Positions 19,914-29,692 of a DNA stretch of 64,000 bases are shown here, piece by piece. The position numbers and the translations under genes were made by a program. The DNA is from an uncultured Mycoplasma sp. (GTDB lineage Bacteria; Bacillota_I; Bacilli_A; RF39; UBA660). Position 1 is the first letter of the stretch, and the number at the start of each line of letters is the position of its first letter. The DNA lies in the NCBI GenBank assembly GCA_945947035.1, contig CAMEXD010000005.1, forward strand, positions 3,122 to 67,121, written 5' to 3'. The notes under the pieces are model-generated. The model ran no database searches. It was not told where the DNA came from and saw only the letters and a program-made list of their open reading frames with translations.

Positions 19914-20270
19914 ATGCCAAGTGGTAGACCAAAAGGCGGTACAAATAAATACTGGTCACCAGAGGAAAAAGAAAAGATAGTCTTATATCATATAGAAAAT
20001 GAAATTGGTATGGACAAATGTGCAAAAAAATTTGGTATTTCTAGAGTGCAAATGTTTAATTGGGTTTCTTCATATAGAAATAAAGGAATAGAAGGTTTAA
20101 AGAACAAAAAGAAACCTGGTAATCCATTAAGTAAATATTCAGGTAAAAAGAATTTATCTGAAATGGAAAAACTTCAATATGAAAACATGAAATTAAGAAT
20201 TGAGAATGAACGATTAAAAAAAGGATACCTAGTGAAAGGAGATGGTTCAATTGTAGTATTCAAGAAATAA
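19914..20270 (+). CDS. IS3 transposase OrfA (HTH)
   Basis: 118 aa with an HTH region and a leucine-zipper-like LQYENMKLRIENERLKKG. The slippery A AAA AAG lies at 20216-20223. Confidence 0.85.
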   Translation: MPSGRPKGGTNKYWSPEEKEKIVLYHIENEIGMDKCAKKFGISRVQMFNWVSSYRNKGIEGLKNKKKPGNPLSKYSGKKNLSEMEKLQYENMKLRIENERLKKGYLVKGDGSIVVFKK

Positions 20271-21160
20271 AACAAAAAGAATTTGAAATCGTAGAAATAT
20301 TAAGTAAAGAATATTCAGTTAAATCATTATGTGAAGTAATGAATATATCAAGAAGTGACTATTATAAATGGTTAAAAAATAAGGAAATATTAAATAAATA
20401 TGAAATAAACCGTAGAGATTTAGAACCATTAATTAGGGATATTCATAAAAGAAAACCAAGTTATGGTTATCATAGAATAAATTACCTTATTCGTAAAGAA
20501 ACCGGTTGGGTTGTATCTGATAATTTAGTTCATAAAGTTTGCAAAATATTAAAAATAAGAAGTAAAGCAAGACACTATTCAATTTATAAGAAGCCTGGAG
20601 AAGAATCTATTAAATATCCAAATCTTATTAATAATAATTGGAATACTACGAGACCATTAGAAAAAATAACATCGGATACAACAATGATTTGGTTTAAAAA
20701 GCAAAGATATGATTGGACATATTATGTTGATGCATTTGATGATTCAATAATAGGTTCAGATGTTAAACCTTTCTATCATGGAGTTAGTATAACTAACCAT
20801 AGATTAGCTTTAGAGGATATGTTAAAAAGTAAAATAAAAAGAGGATATAAAAGCCAAGAAACTATTTTTCACTCAGATCAAGGCGCAATATATTCCTCAG
20901 TGGCATTTAATAATGCACATAAAGATTATAACATAACTAGGTCCATGTCGAGAATAGGAACTCCAACAGACAATCCAATAATTGAATCTAAAAATGGTTG
21001 GTTAAAGAAAGAAATGTATATTGATTTTAATCAAGATGATTATGAAACTGTTGAAGATTATATAAATGCAATAATATATGACCATAATTATTTAAGACCT
21101 AGTTATGCACTAAATTATAAAACCCCAATTGAATATAGAACTCAACTAGGGTTTCAATAA
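20216..21160 (+). CDS. IS3 transposase OrfB (DDE/rve), made as an OrfAB fusion by -1 frameshift
   Basis: The -1 frame is open from the A7G site through the listed ORF 20339-21160. DDE integrase core (HSDQGAIYSS ... PIIESKNGWLKKE). Confidence 0.8.
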   Translation, partial: KKRIPSERRWFNCSIQEIKQKEFEIVEILSKEYSVKSLCEVMNISRSDYYKWLKNKEILNKYEINRRDLEPLIRDIHKRKPSYGYHRINYLIRKETGWVVSDNLVHKVCKILKIRSKARHYSIYKKPGEESIKYPNLINNNWNTTRPLEKITSDTTMIWFKKQRYDWTYYVDAFDDSIIGSDVKPFYHGVSITNHRLALEDMLKSKIKRGYKSQETIFHSDQGAIYSSVAFNNAHKDYNITRSMSRIGTPTDNPIIESKNGWLKKEMYIDFNQDDYETVEDYINAIIYDHNYLRPSYALNYKTPIEYRTQLGFQ

Positions 21161-21203
21161 TACTTTTTAATTGTCTACTTTTTATTGACAACTTCACTAT
21201 TTT

Positions 21204-21902
21204 TTATAAACTCTTCACTTTTATTTTAGAATAAGATCTTGGATAAATACTTTTTGTATGATTTATCTTTTTTAATACTACTAAATTTCTTTCTGATTCT
21301 TCAATTGGTAATTTAAAATTAATTACATTTTCTAATTTAAATGATAATTTATCTATAGCATTTGTTGATATCTTTAATTCTTCAGATACATTTGCTTTCA
21401 TAAGAATTACATATGAATTTACTTTAGGAAGTCTACATGATAATTCTAGAATAGTACTAATTTTAGCTACTGCTCTTGATACTACTACATCAAAAACTTC
21501 AATACCTTCTAATTCTTCAATTCTTTTATGTACTGCACAAATATCTTTTAATTCTAAAGTATTTATAACTTCATTTAAAAATTTAACACGTTTTTCAAGT
21601 GAATCTACTAAAGTAATTGAAAGAGTAGGGAATACTATTTTTAAAACAATACCTGGAAAACCTGCGCCTGTTCCTACATCACAAACTTTTAAGGGTTTTG
21701 TTAAATCAATTGCCTTAATTAAAGTAAGCGAATCATAAAAGTGTTTTAAATAAAAATCTTTTTCTCCAGTTATTGTAGTTAAATTAACATTTTTATTATA
21801 TGAAACTAGTAAATTATAATAAATATCTAGTTTTTTTAACATATCAGAAGTTATATTTATATTAATTTTTTCTAATTCTTTTATAAATTCTTCTTTATTC
21901 AT
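21204..21902 (-). CDS. rsmG: 16S rRNA m7G527 methyltransferase RsmG (GidB)
   Basis: SAM motif DVGTGAGFPGIVLKI. The start was set at MNKEEF behind AAAGAGGAA. It overlaps the mnmG 3' end. Confidence 0.92.
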   Translation of the reverse strand: MNKEEFIKELEKININITSDMLKKLDIYYNLLVSYNKNVNLTTITGEKDFYLKHFYDSLTLIKAIDLTKPLKVCDVGTGAGFPGIVLKIVFPTLSITLVDSLEKRVKFLNEVINTLELKDICAVHKRIEELEGIEVFDVVVSRAVAKISTILELSCRLPKVNSYVILMKANVSEELKISTNAIDKLSFKLENVINFKLPIEESERNLVVLKKINHTKSIYPRSYSKIKVKSL

Positions 21903-23763
21903 GGATTCCTCTTTTATCATGTTTTAATTCTATCATTAAAATTGATATATCAGCAGGATTAACACCACTTATACGCATTGCTTGACCAATTGAAGTAGGG
22001 TGAACTTTTTCTAATTTTTGTCTTGCTTCACTTGCTAAATTATGAACTTTTGAAAAATCAAAATCAGCTGGTATTTTTACATTTTCATACTCTAGCATTT
22101 TTTTAGCAAGTTTTTCTTCTTTTTTTATATATCCTTCATATTTAATAGTTATTAAAACTTGTTCTATAACTTCATTAGAATATTTTTCTATAACAAATTT
22201 TTCAATATCAGAATAGTTTATTTCTGGTCTTTTTAATAAATCATAAAGGGATATTCTATCTTTTATTGTCGTAGAATTTAAGCTTTCTAAAAGATCATTT
22301 ATTTCTTTTTTAGGAGTTATATAAGTATTTTTTAATTCTTCAGTTAATTTTTCTATTTTTGATGTTTTTTCTTTAAATCTATTGTAATCTTCATCACTTA
22401 ATAATCCAATATTTCTTCCATATTCAGATAATCTTAAATCTGCATTATCATTTCTTAAAAGTAATCTATATTCAGCACGTGAAGTTAACATACGATATGG
22501 TTCTTTAGTTCCTTTTGTTACTAAATCATCTATTAAAACACCAATATATGCTTCGTTTCTTTTTAAAATTAATGGTTCTTTATTTTCTAGTTTTAATGCT
22601 GCATTAATTCCTGCGATTAATCCTTGTCCTGCAGCTTCTTCATAACCACTTGTACCATTTATTTGTCCTGCGGTAAATAAGTTTTCAACAATTTTTGTTT
22701 CTAGACTTCTTTTTATTTGTAAAGGGTCAATTGCATCATATTCTATTGCATAGGCATATTTTAGGATTTTAGCATTTTCTAATCCTGGTAAAGAATGTAC
22801 CATTACTTCTTGAATATCTTCTGGCATACTTGTTGAAAAACCTTGTAAATAAATATCATCATAGTATCTACTTTCAGGTTCTAAAAATAATTGATGACGT
22901 TCTTTATCTGCAAAACGAACAATTTTATCTTCAATAGATGGACAATATCTTGGTCCAATACCTTCGACATAACCACCATACATACTTGATTTTTCTAGAT
23001 TATTTTTAATTATTTCATGAGTAGTAGGGGTAGTATATATTAAATAACAATCTTCTTGATCTTCTATATTATAATATGCTTTATTTGAAAAAGAAAAAGT
23101 TATTATTTCATTATCTCCAGGTTGAGGCAATGCTTTACTATAATCAATTGATTCTTTTAATATTCTTGGAGGTGTTCCTGTTTTTAATCTTTGAATTGTA
23201 AATCCTAATTCTTTTAAATTATCACTTAAATAAAGTGATGGTCTTTCTCCATGAGGACCACCAGAATGTTTTTTACTTCCTCTTAAAATACTTCCTTTAA
23301 GATAAGTCCCTGTTGTTAAAATAACTACATCTGATAATATTTCTTCATCATTTTCTAATTTTATTCCACAAACTTTGTTATTTTCTACTAAAAGACCTTC
23401 AACCATACCCTCTAAAATAGTTAAATTTTCTTGTTTTTGTAAAGTTTCTAACATATTTTTAGGATAAATTACTTTATCTATTTGAGCACGTAATGCTTGA
23501 ACAGCTGGACCTTTTCTAGTATTAAGTTTTTTTATTTGTAAATGACTTTTATCTGTATTTTTAGCCATTTCTCCACCTAATGCATCTATTTCACGAACAA
23601 TAACTCCTTTAGCAGGACCTCCGATTGATGGATTACATGGTGCATCTGCAATATTTTTTATATTACCTGTTATTAAAAGTGTTTTATGTCCCATTCTAGA
23701 TGTTGCAAGACATGCTTCACATCCAGCATGACCACCACCTACAACTATTACTTCATATTTCAT
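21895..23763 (-). CDS. mnmG: tRNA uridine 5-carboxymethylaminomethyl modification enzyme MnmG (GidA)
   Basis: FAD motif VIVVGGGHAGCEA, with conservation across the full length. Confidence 0.97.
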   Translation of the reverse strand: MKYEVIVVGGGHAGCEACLATSRMGHKTLLITGNIKNIADAPCNPSIGGPAKGVIVREIDALGGEMAKNTDKSHLQIKKLNTRKGPAVQALRAQIDKVIYPKNMLETLQKQENLTILEGMVEGLLVENNKVCGIKLENDEEILSDVVILTTGTYLKGSILRGSKKHSGGPHGERPSLYLSDNLKELGFTIQRLKTGTPPRILKESIDYSKALPQPGDNEIITFSFSNKAYYNIEDQEDCYLIYTTPTTHEIIKNNLEKSSMYGGYVEGIGPRYCPSIEDKIVRFADKERHQLFLEPESRYYDDIYLQGFSTSMPEDIQEVMVHSLPGLENAKILKYAYAIEYDAIDPLQIKRSLETKIVENLFTAGQINGTSGYEEAAGQGLIAGINAALKLENKEPLILKRNEAYIGVLIDDLVTKGTKEPYRMLTSRAEYRLLLRNDNADLRLSEYGRNIGLLSDEDYNRFKEKTSKIEKLTEELKNTYITPKKEINDLLESLNSTTIKDRISLYDLLKRPEINYSDIEKFVIEKYSNEVIEQVLITIKYEGYIKKEEKLAKKMLEYENVKIPADFDFSKVHNLASEARQKLEKVHPTSIGQAMRISGVNPADISILMIELKHDKRGIHE

Positions 23764-23880
23764 ATAAATCCCTTCTTTTTTTCTTATCGTATTATATAAC
23801 TATATAAGTATTTTTTCAAGAAAAAAATTATGATTTTGTTGATTCATAATTTTTTATTTTTTAAATATATTATATAATAA

Positions 23881-24306
23881 TTAACTTAAAGTAGTAAGTA
23901 AAAAACTTACAAATACAAATAAACAACTAATAAGAGATATAACTGACATAATAATACCAGATATTGCCATACCATTTTTGTTTTCTTTATTATTTTTTAT
24001 TCCAAAAATTAATGCAAGTATAGCAGGTGTTAATGAAAACATAGTATAACCAATAAAGTAGAAGATAAAAAAGATAAATTCTTCATTATAGTATAATTCT
24101 ACTTTTAAAGTTTCAATACCTTGTTCTAAAGATAAAAGCATAGATATAGTCCATAAAACTGATATTATTCCAAGTACCATACTAGCAATTGAAAAACCTT
24201 TTTTTTGCTTATTAATCCTCTTATTATTTGTTAATAACTTACCACAATTTAAACAAACATCAGCATTTTCATTTAATTCTTTTCCACAATTTGGACAATA
24301 CTTCAT
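23881..24306 (-). CDS. zinc-ribbon membrane protein (DUF4190-like)
   Basis: N-terminal CPNCG...CLNCG zinc ribbon followed by 3-4 TM helices. It has its own terminator (AATTATGA...TCATAATT plus a T-run). Confidence 0.55.
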   Translation of the reverse strand: MKYCPNCGKELNENADVCLNCGKLLTNNKRINKQKKGFSIASMVLGIISVLWTISMLLSLEQGIETLKVELYYNEEFIFFIFYFIGYTMFSLTPAILALIFGIKNNKENKNGMAISGIIMSVISLISCLFVFVSFLLTTLS

Positions 24307-24319
24307 TTAAAATACCTCC

Positions 24320-25660
24320 TTATTTACCAACACAGAAATCTTTAAATAAGTTATCAAGTAATTCTTCTGTATAAGTTTCACCAATTATTTCACCTAAAAT
24401 AGTCCAGATATTTTTAATATCTATTTCTATCATATCAATAGGTAAATCATCTTTTAAAGCTATTTTTATTGATTCTAAACTAGTTTTTGCTTCTTCTAAT
24501 TTTTTTATTTGTTCCATACTTGATACATAACTAAAATCATTCACATCAAGCATATCTAAATTAAATAATTCTTTTATTTTATTTATTAAAGAATCAATTC
24601 CTTCATCTGTTAAAGTATTAGTATAAATAACATCTAAATCGATATCTATTTTAGAATTTAAATCATCTTTATTTACAACAACAATTCTTTTTTTATCTTT
24701 TGTTTTTTCTAATAAATCGATATCTTCTTGTTGTAATTTTTCATTATTATTTAATACAACAATAACTAAATCAGATTTTTCTATAGTATCAAGTGACTTA
24801 TTAACACCAATTTGTTCAACTATATCTTTTGTCTTTCTTATTCCTGCGGTATCAATAAAATTAAGTAATATTCCATCAATAGTACATGATCCTTCCACTA
24901 TATCACGAGTTGTTCCAGCAACATTTGTTACTATTGCTTTTTCTTCTTGTAATAATCTATTTAAAATACTGCTTTTACCAACATTAGGACGTCCTACTAT
25001 AGCAACATTAATACCATTTTTTATTATTTTAGAGTTATTACTATTATTAATTATTTTTTCTAATGTTTTTTCAATATAATCTATATTAGATTCTATTTTT
25101 TCTTTAGTCATTTCTTCAATATCTAAATATTCTGGATAATCGATATTTACTTCAATATTTGATATTATTTCACGTAGTTTTTGTCTTAGTTCTTTAATGG
25201 TATTATTTGTTTTACCTGTTAAATTATTCATTGCTATTTTCCTAGCATTTTCACTTTTAACATTAATCAAATCTTGGACTGCTTCTGCTTTTGTTAAATC
25301 AATTCTTCCATTTAAAAAAGCTCGTTTTGTAAATTCTCCTGGTTCAGCTATTCTTGCACCATTTTTTAGTATTAATTCTAAAACTTTTTTAGTAGTTGCA
25401 ACGCCACCATGACAATTTATTTCAACAACATCTTCAGTTGTAAAACTTTTAGGTGCTTTCATAATAGTTACTAAAACTTCATCTATTATTTCATTGTTTT
25501 CTTTTATATAACCATAACTTATAGTATGACTTTCTTTCTTTTTTAAATTACCAGAAAATATTTTATCAACAATTTCTATAGCAGATACACCACTTACTCT
25601 TATAATTGATATAGCAGATGGAGAAAGCGATGTTGCTATAGCAGCAATTGTATCATCCAT
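24320..25660 (-). CDS. mnmE: tRNA modification GTPase MnmE (TrmE)
   Basis: G domain GRPNVGKSS and the C-terminal C-x-GK tetrapeptide (FCVGK). Confidence 0.96.
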   Translation of the reverse strand: MDDTIAAIATSLSPSAISIIRVSGVSAIEIVDKIFSGNLKKKESHTISYGYIKENNEIIDEVLVTIMKAPKSFTTEDVVEINCHGGVATTKKVLELILKNGARIAEPGEFTKRAFLNGRIDLTKAEAVQDLINVKSENARKIAMNNLTGKTNNTIKELRQKLREIISNIEVNIDYPEYLDIEEMTKEKIESNIDYIEKTLEKIINNSNNSKIIKNGINVAIVGRPNVGKSSILNRLLQEEKAIVTNVAGTTRDIVEGSCTIDGILLNFIDTAGIRKTKDIVEQIGVNKSLDTIEKSDLVIVVLNNNEKLQQEDIDLLEKTKDKKRIVVVNKDDLNSKIDIDLDVIYTNTLTDEGIDSLINKIKELFNLDMLDVNDFSYVSSMEQIKKLEEAKTSLESIKIALKDDLPIDMIEIDIKNIWTILGEIIGETYTEELLDNLFKDFCVGK

Positions 25661-25691
25661 ATTTATACCTCCCTTTATATAAAAAAGCCAA

Positions 25692-26297
25692 TTAATCTCT
25701 TGGCTTTATTACTACATATCTATTTGGTTCTTCTCCAAAAGACTCTGTTCTTACTTCTTTTTTATTTGCAAGTGCGTTATGAATTATTCTTCTTTCATAT
25801 GAATTCATTGGATCTAATTTAATTTCGCAACCAGTTCTTGCAACATCTTTTGCAATTTGTTTTGCAAGATGAATATATTTAATTTCTTTTTGTTTTTTAT
25901 AATCACATACATCTATATAAACACGATAAGGAAAACCTAATTCATTTGTTAAATAAGTATTTGAAATCATTTGTAAACATTCAATAGTTTTTCCATTTCT
26001 ACCAATTAAAACTGGAGCTTTTTCTACTATTACATTAAAATATAAAACACCATCACGAACTTTATATTCAATTTTAGGATTAAGTCCAATTAGTCCTACT
26101 ATATTAGTAATAAATTCTTTAGCAAGAAATGTTATATCTTCTTTTTTGATCACTTCTACTTCACATTTTTTATTAAAAAGTGTTTTTGATTCTTTTAATT
26201 CTTTAAATATTACTTCATCTTCAAGGAGATTTAATTTGCTTAAAGCATTTTCTTTTGCTTCTTCTATTGTTTTACCACTAAAAACTTCTTTCTTCAT
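25692..26297 (-). CDS. khpB: Jag/KhpB RNA-binding protein (KH + R3H)
   Basis: KH-like VLIGRNGKTIECLQ, R3H-like YERRIIHNAL, and a conserved position beside yidC. Confidence 0.88.
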   Translation of the reverse strand: MKKEVFSGKTIEEAKENALSKLNLLEDEVIFKELKESKTLFNKKCEVEVIKKEDITFLAKEFITNIVGLIGLNPKIEYKVRDGVLYFNVIVEKAPVLIGRNGKTIECLQMISNTYLTNELGFPYRVYIDVCDYKKQKEIKYIHLAKQIAKDVARTGCEIKLDPMNSYERRIIHNALANKKEVRTESFGEEPNRYVVIKPRD

Positions 26298-26315
26298 AAC
26301 TACGCCTCTTTTTTA

Positions 26316-27242
26316 TTAATTTGTCTTCCTACTTAATACTTTATCTGTAATTATATTTTGGAAAATTGTAAATGCTGATGATATAATCCAGTATATTGCA
26401 ATAGCTGATGATAATTGAAATGACATAAATCCAATAAAGATAACCATAAACCACATCATCATATTATTTTGTTTTTGCATTTCAGGAGTTGTTGATGTTG
26501 TTTTGTTCATTTTAAATGAAAAATATGTTGTTAAGATAATTAAAACTACTAGAATAAGATAAATAAAGTTACCATTTTTCATTGCTACAAGTGGAGTAAG
26601 TCCCATTTCAAAACCTAAGAATGTTTCTTCAAATATTGCAGGAACTCTATTTATAGCTTCTAAAAATGCAAATAGTAATGGTATTTGAATTAATGCAAAG
26701 AAGCATCCAGATAATGGATTTATATTATATTTTTTATATATAAACATCATTTCTTGACCTTTTTTTGCCATAGATTCTTGATCTGTTTTATCCTTATATT
26801 TTTTTTCTATTCTATCAATTTCTGGTTGAGCTTTTTTAATATTTTCAGATTGCATTGCTGTTTTTTGGGTAACTGGATATAAAATAAGTCTTATTGCTAA
26901 AGTAATTAAAATAATTGCAAGTCCACTTGATTTAACAAGTTCTCCAACTTTAATTATTACCCATGCTAGTGGTCTAACAAATAAACTATTCCAAATACTT
27001 TCATATTCTCCAGTTATTTTCATTTTGCTACATTCTGGTAAATCATTTAAATCCTTACCATATTTTTCATATAACTTAATTGTTTCTGGATCAGTTGGAC
27101 GACATAAAACATTTTCAGTTACACTTTGACCAGTTGTAGGATTAACTACTGCCTTTTTATCTTCGTCTTTTAGTACTTTAGTACATCCTGATAAGGTAAG
27201 TACTAAAAATAATATTATTAAATATTTACTTATTTTCTTCAT
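26316..27242 (-). CDS. yidC: membrane protein insertase YidC/SpoIIIJ (lipoprotein)
   Basis: Lipobox LTLSGC and the 60-kDa inner-membrane-protein core (LYPVTQKTAMQSENIKKAQPEIDRIEKKYK). Confidence 0.93.
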   Translation of the reverse strand: MKKISKYLIILFLVLTLSGCTKVLKDEDKKAVVNPTTGQSVTENVLCRPTDPETIKLYEKYGKDLNDLPECSKMKITGEYESIWNSLFVRPLAWVIIKVGELVKSSGLAIILITLAIRLILYPVTQKTAMQSENIKKAQPEIDRIEKKYKDKTDQESMAKKGQEMMFIYKKYNINPLSGCFFALIQIPLLFAFLEAINRVPAIFEETFLGFEMGLTPLVAMKNGNFIYLILVVLIILTTYFSFKMNKTTSTTPEMQKQNNMMMWFMVIFIGFMSFQLSSAIAIYWIISSAFTIFQNIITDKVLSRKTN

Positions 27243-27576
27243 TTTTTTTCTCCTTTAATTTATTAAATAAGGATACAAGTTCTTTTTCTTTTTCTAAATA
27301 ATTTAATGAAAGAGCACCCTCTCTAATTATTATAATATAATTTTTATTTTTTTCATATATATTTTTGTTATTATCTAAAATTGATTTTACTTGTCTTTTT
27401 AATTTATTTCTATTAACTGCATTACATAGGTTATGTTTAAAAGTAATACCAAATTTTACTATGTTATCATTATTTAATTCAGTATTTATGATAAAAGAAT
27501 TGTTAACAACACCATTTCTTTTACTTATAATACGTGAAAAATCTCTACTTTCTTTTACTATATTTTGTTTTTTCAT
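27226..27576 (-). CDS. rnpA: RNase P protein component
   Basis: Conserved AVNRNKLKRQVK motif and a position downstream of rpmH. The start was set at MKKQNIV. Confidence 0.9.
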   Translation of the reverse strand: MKKQNIVKESRDFSRIISKRNGVVNNSFIINTELNNDNIVKFGITFKHNLCNAVNRNKLKRQVKSILDNNKNIYEKNKNYIIIIREGALSLNYLEKEKELVSLFNKLKEKKNEENK

Positions 27577-27622
27577 AAATACCTCCAAAATATCAAAAAT
27601 CCACTTTTAAAAAAAGCGGATA

Positions 27623-27748
27623 CTATTTTGATAATTGTTTTCTACCTTTAGATCTTCTTCTATTAACAATGCCTGATTTCATACGTGAAAAGAATCCATG
27701 TTTTTTATTCTTTCTACGATTATTTGGTTGAAAAGTTCCTTTTTTCAT
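27623..27748 (-). CDS. rpmH: 50S ribosomal protein L34
   Basis: [23 protein letters not shown]...[22 protein letters not shown]. The listed ORF has a spurious N-terminal extension. Confidence 0.93.
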   Translation of the reverse strand: MKKGTFQPNNRRKNKKHGFFSRMKSGIVNRRRSKGRKQLSK

Positions 27749-28183
27749 CTTGCACCTCCAAACTAATTCGTTATTATTATAATGAATTAATAGGGTAGTT
27801 GTCAACTTTTTTTGTTAATTTATTTTTTTTTATCCAATTTATTAACATAATTAAAACTTTTATTTTTAATATTAACAAACAAATTAACAATATATTGTTA
27901 ATAACTTACTTAGTTTTATCCTTATTTTATAATGGTTTTCAAAACTTTTTAACAAAATTAACAATTTTAATATTAACAAAAGTAACAGTTGTTAAAAATA
28001 TTAATAACTTTTTTGTTGAAATTTGTTAAAAACTAATTTACAATATATAAACAAAAGAAAAAAGTGGTTAATAACTTTGTTAATAAGCTTGTTAATAAAA
28101 ATTTGCTATTTAATTTTTTAACAATTTGTATTACAATTAATTTAGGTTTTGAAAAAAAATATTAGCGGGGGAAGTGGTATTTA
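27749..28183. promoter_or_regulatory. oriC left part / dnaA promoter region with clustered DnaA-box-like 9-mers
   Basis: Located between rpmH and dnaA. Repeated TGTTAATAA / TTATTAACA 9-mers (7/9 match to TTATCCACA) at about 27839, 27895, 28077 and 28089, plus near-copies. TTATCCAAT at 27831. Confidence 0.7.
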
Positions 28184-29554
28184 ATGAATGATAAAACTAT
28201 TTGGTTAAAAACATTAGATAATATCAAGAATATTCTTGATCCATTACCATTTAATACCTGGTTTTCTCCGATTGAATTTTTAGATATTAAAGACGAAAAA
28301 TTAAGACTTGTTGTTCCTTATATATTATATAAAGAACATATTGAAAAAAATTATAAAGATTTAATTTTAGAAAATATTAACAAATTTGTTAATAACTCCG
28401 TTAAAGAAGTTAGTTTTATTTTAAAGGATAATTTAGATTCTATTATTAAAGAAGAATTAGAGATTAAAGAGGAAAAGATTGAAAATAATTATGAAAATGA
28501 ATCACATATTAATTTTAAATCTAATTTAAATAAGAGTTATACTTTTTCTAACTTTGTTGTTGGTGAATCAAATAAATTTGCTCAAGCTGCAGCATTAGCA
28601 GTTGCTGAAAATCCTGGTACTATGTATAATCCTTTATTTATATATGGTAATAGTGGACTTGGTAAAACGCATCTTATGCATGCGATAGGTAATTATATTG
28701 AAGAAAAACAACATAAAAAGGTTTTATATGTAACTTGTGATCAATTTTTAGAAGACTTTATGGGTTTATCTAGAAAAAATAATAGTGATAATTTTGATTA
28801 TATGGAAATTTTTAAAGAAAAATATCGTAATATTGATGTTCTAATAATCGATGATATTCAGTTTCTTGGTGGAGCAACTGCCTCCCAACAAGAGTTTTTC
28901 CACACTTTTAACAATCTTCACAACAATAGTAAACAAATTATTGTATCAAGTGATAGATCTCCAGAAGATTTAAAAGCTTTAGAAGATAGACTTAGAACAA
29001 GATTTTGTTGGGGATTACAAGTAGATATATCTCCACCTGATTTTGATTTGAAGGTTGCAATTTTAAAGAAAAAATTAAAAGGTGAAAAAATCGATTTAGA
29101 TGATGATATAATTATTTATATTGCTAGTAATGTAGGTAATGATATAAGACAACTTGAAGGTTCTTTAACAAGACTTGTTGCTTATTCTTGTATTATGGGT
29201 GAAACTAAGCCAAACGTTGAATTTGCTATGGAAGCACTAAAGGACTTCACTAAAAAACCTGTTACTGATCAAAACAATATAAGAAGAATTCAAAAAAGTG
29301 TTGCTAACTTCTATAAAATAGCTTTTGAGGATATAAAATCTAAAAAAAGGCCTCCAAATATAGCAATACCAAGACAAGTTGCAATGTATTTATGTAGAAA
29401 ATTAACAGATGAACCATTTGAACGTATTGGTATTGAATTTGGTGGAAAAAATCATGCTACTGTAATGCACTCTTGTAATAAAATTGAAAGAGAGTTAAAA
29501 AATAATAAAGAATTACAAGAAGCAATTACTGCAATTGAAAAAGAATTAAGATAA
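28184..29554 (+). CDS. dnaA: chromosomal replication initiator DnaA
   Basis: AAA+ motif GNSGLGKTHLMHA and C-terminal domain IV (IAIPRQVAMYLCRKLTD...GGKNHATVMHSCNKI). Confidence 0.98.
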   Translation: MNDKTIWLKTLDNIKNILDPLPFNTWFSPIEFLDIKDEKLRLVVPYILYKEHIEKNYKDLILENINKFVNNSVKEVSFILKDNLDSIIKEELEIKEEKIENNYENESHINFKSNLNKSYTFSNFVVGESNKFAQAAALAVAENPGTMYNPLFIYGNSGLGKTHLMHAIGNYIEEKQHKKVLYVTCDQFLEDFMGLSRKNNSDNFDYMEIFKEKYRNIDVLIIDDIQFLGGATASQQEFFHTFNNLHNNSKQIIVSSDRSPEDLKALEDRLRTRFCWGLQVDISPPDFDLKVAILKKKLKGEKIDLDDDIIIYIASNVGNDIRQLEGSLTRLVAYSCIMGETKPNVEFAMEALKDFTKKPVTDQNNIRRIQKSVANFYKIAFEDIKSKKRPPNIAIPRQVAMYLCRKLTDEPFERIGIEFGGKNHATVMHSCNKIERELKNNKELQEAITAIEKELR

Positions 29555-29692
29555 TTTGTTAAAATTGTTAATAACAATTAACAATGAAGTTTTAATAAAA
29601 TGCTTATATTTCAACTGTTTTAGAAGTTATTAACAATATTAACAGCTATAATAATAAAAATATAAATAATAAAAAAGAAAGAAGGAATTTTT
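29555..29692. promoter_or_regulatory. oriC right part (DnaA-box-like repeats plus an AT-rich unwinding candidate)
   Basis: TTGTTAAAATTGTTAATAACAATTAACAA, then GTTATTAACAATATTAACA, followed by the near-pure A/T run ATAATAATAAAAATATAAATAATAAAAAAG. Confidence 0.6.

Larger units (their letters stand above)
19839..21196 (+). mobile_element. IS3-family insertion sequence (about 1.36 kb)
   Basis: Imperfect terminal inverted repeats: TGAAGTTGTAAGATAAATGTAGACA on the left and TGAAGTTGTCAATAAAAAGTAGACA on the right (reverse complement). Two-ORF transposase with an A7G slippery site. No clean target duplication was seen. Confidence 0.85.

Noticed and set aside
19774-20025. 83-aa minus-strand ORF spanning the IS3 left end.
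   Set aside because: It crosses the IS terminal repeat and is antisense to OrfA, with a hydrophobic low-complexity translation. It is judged spurious.
27799-28029. 76-aa ORF in the rpmH-dnaA intergenic region.
   Set aside because: It lies entirely within the repeat-rich oriC/dnaA promoter region, and its translation simply reflects the TTGTTAA repeats.
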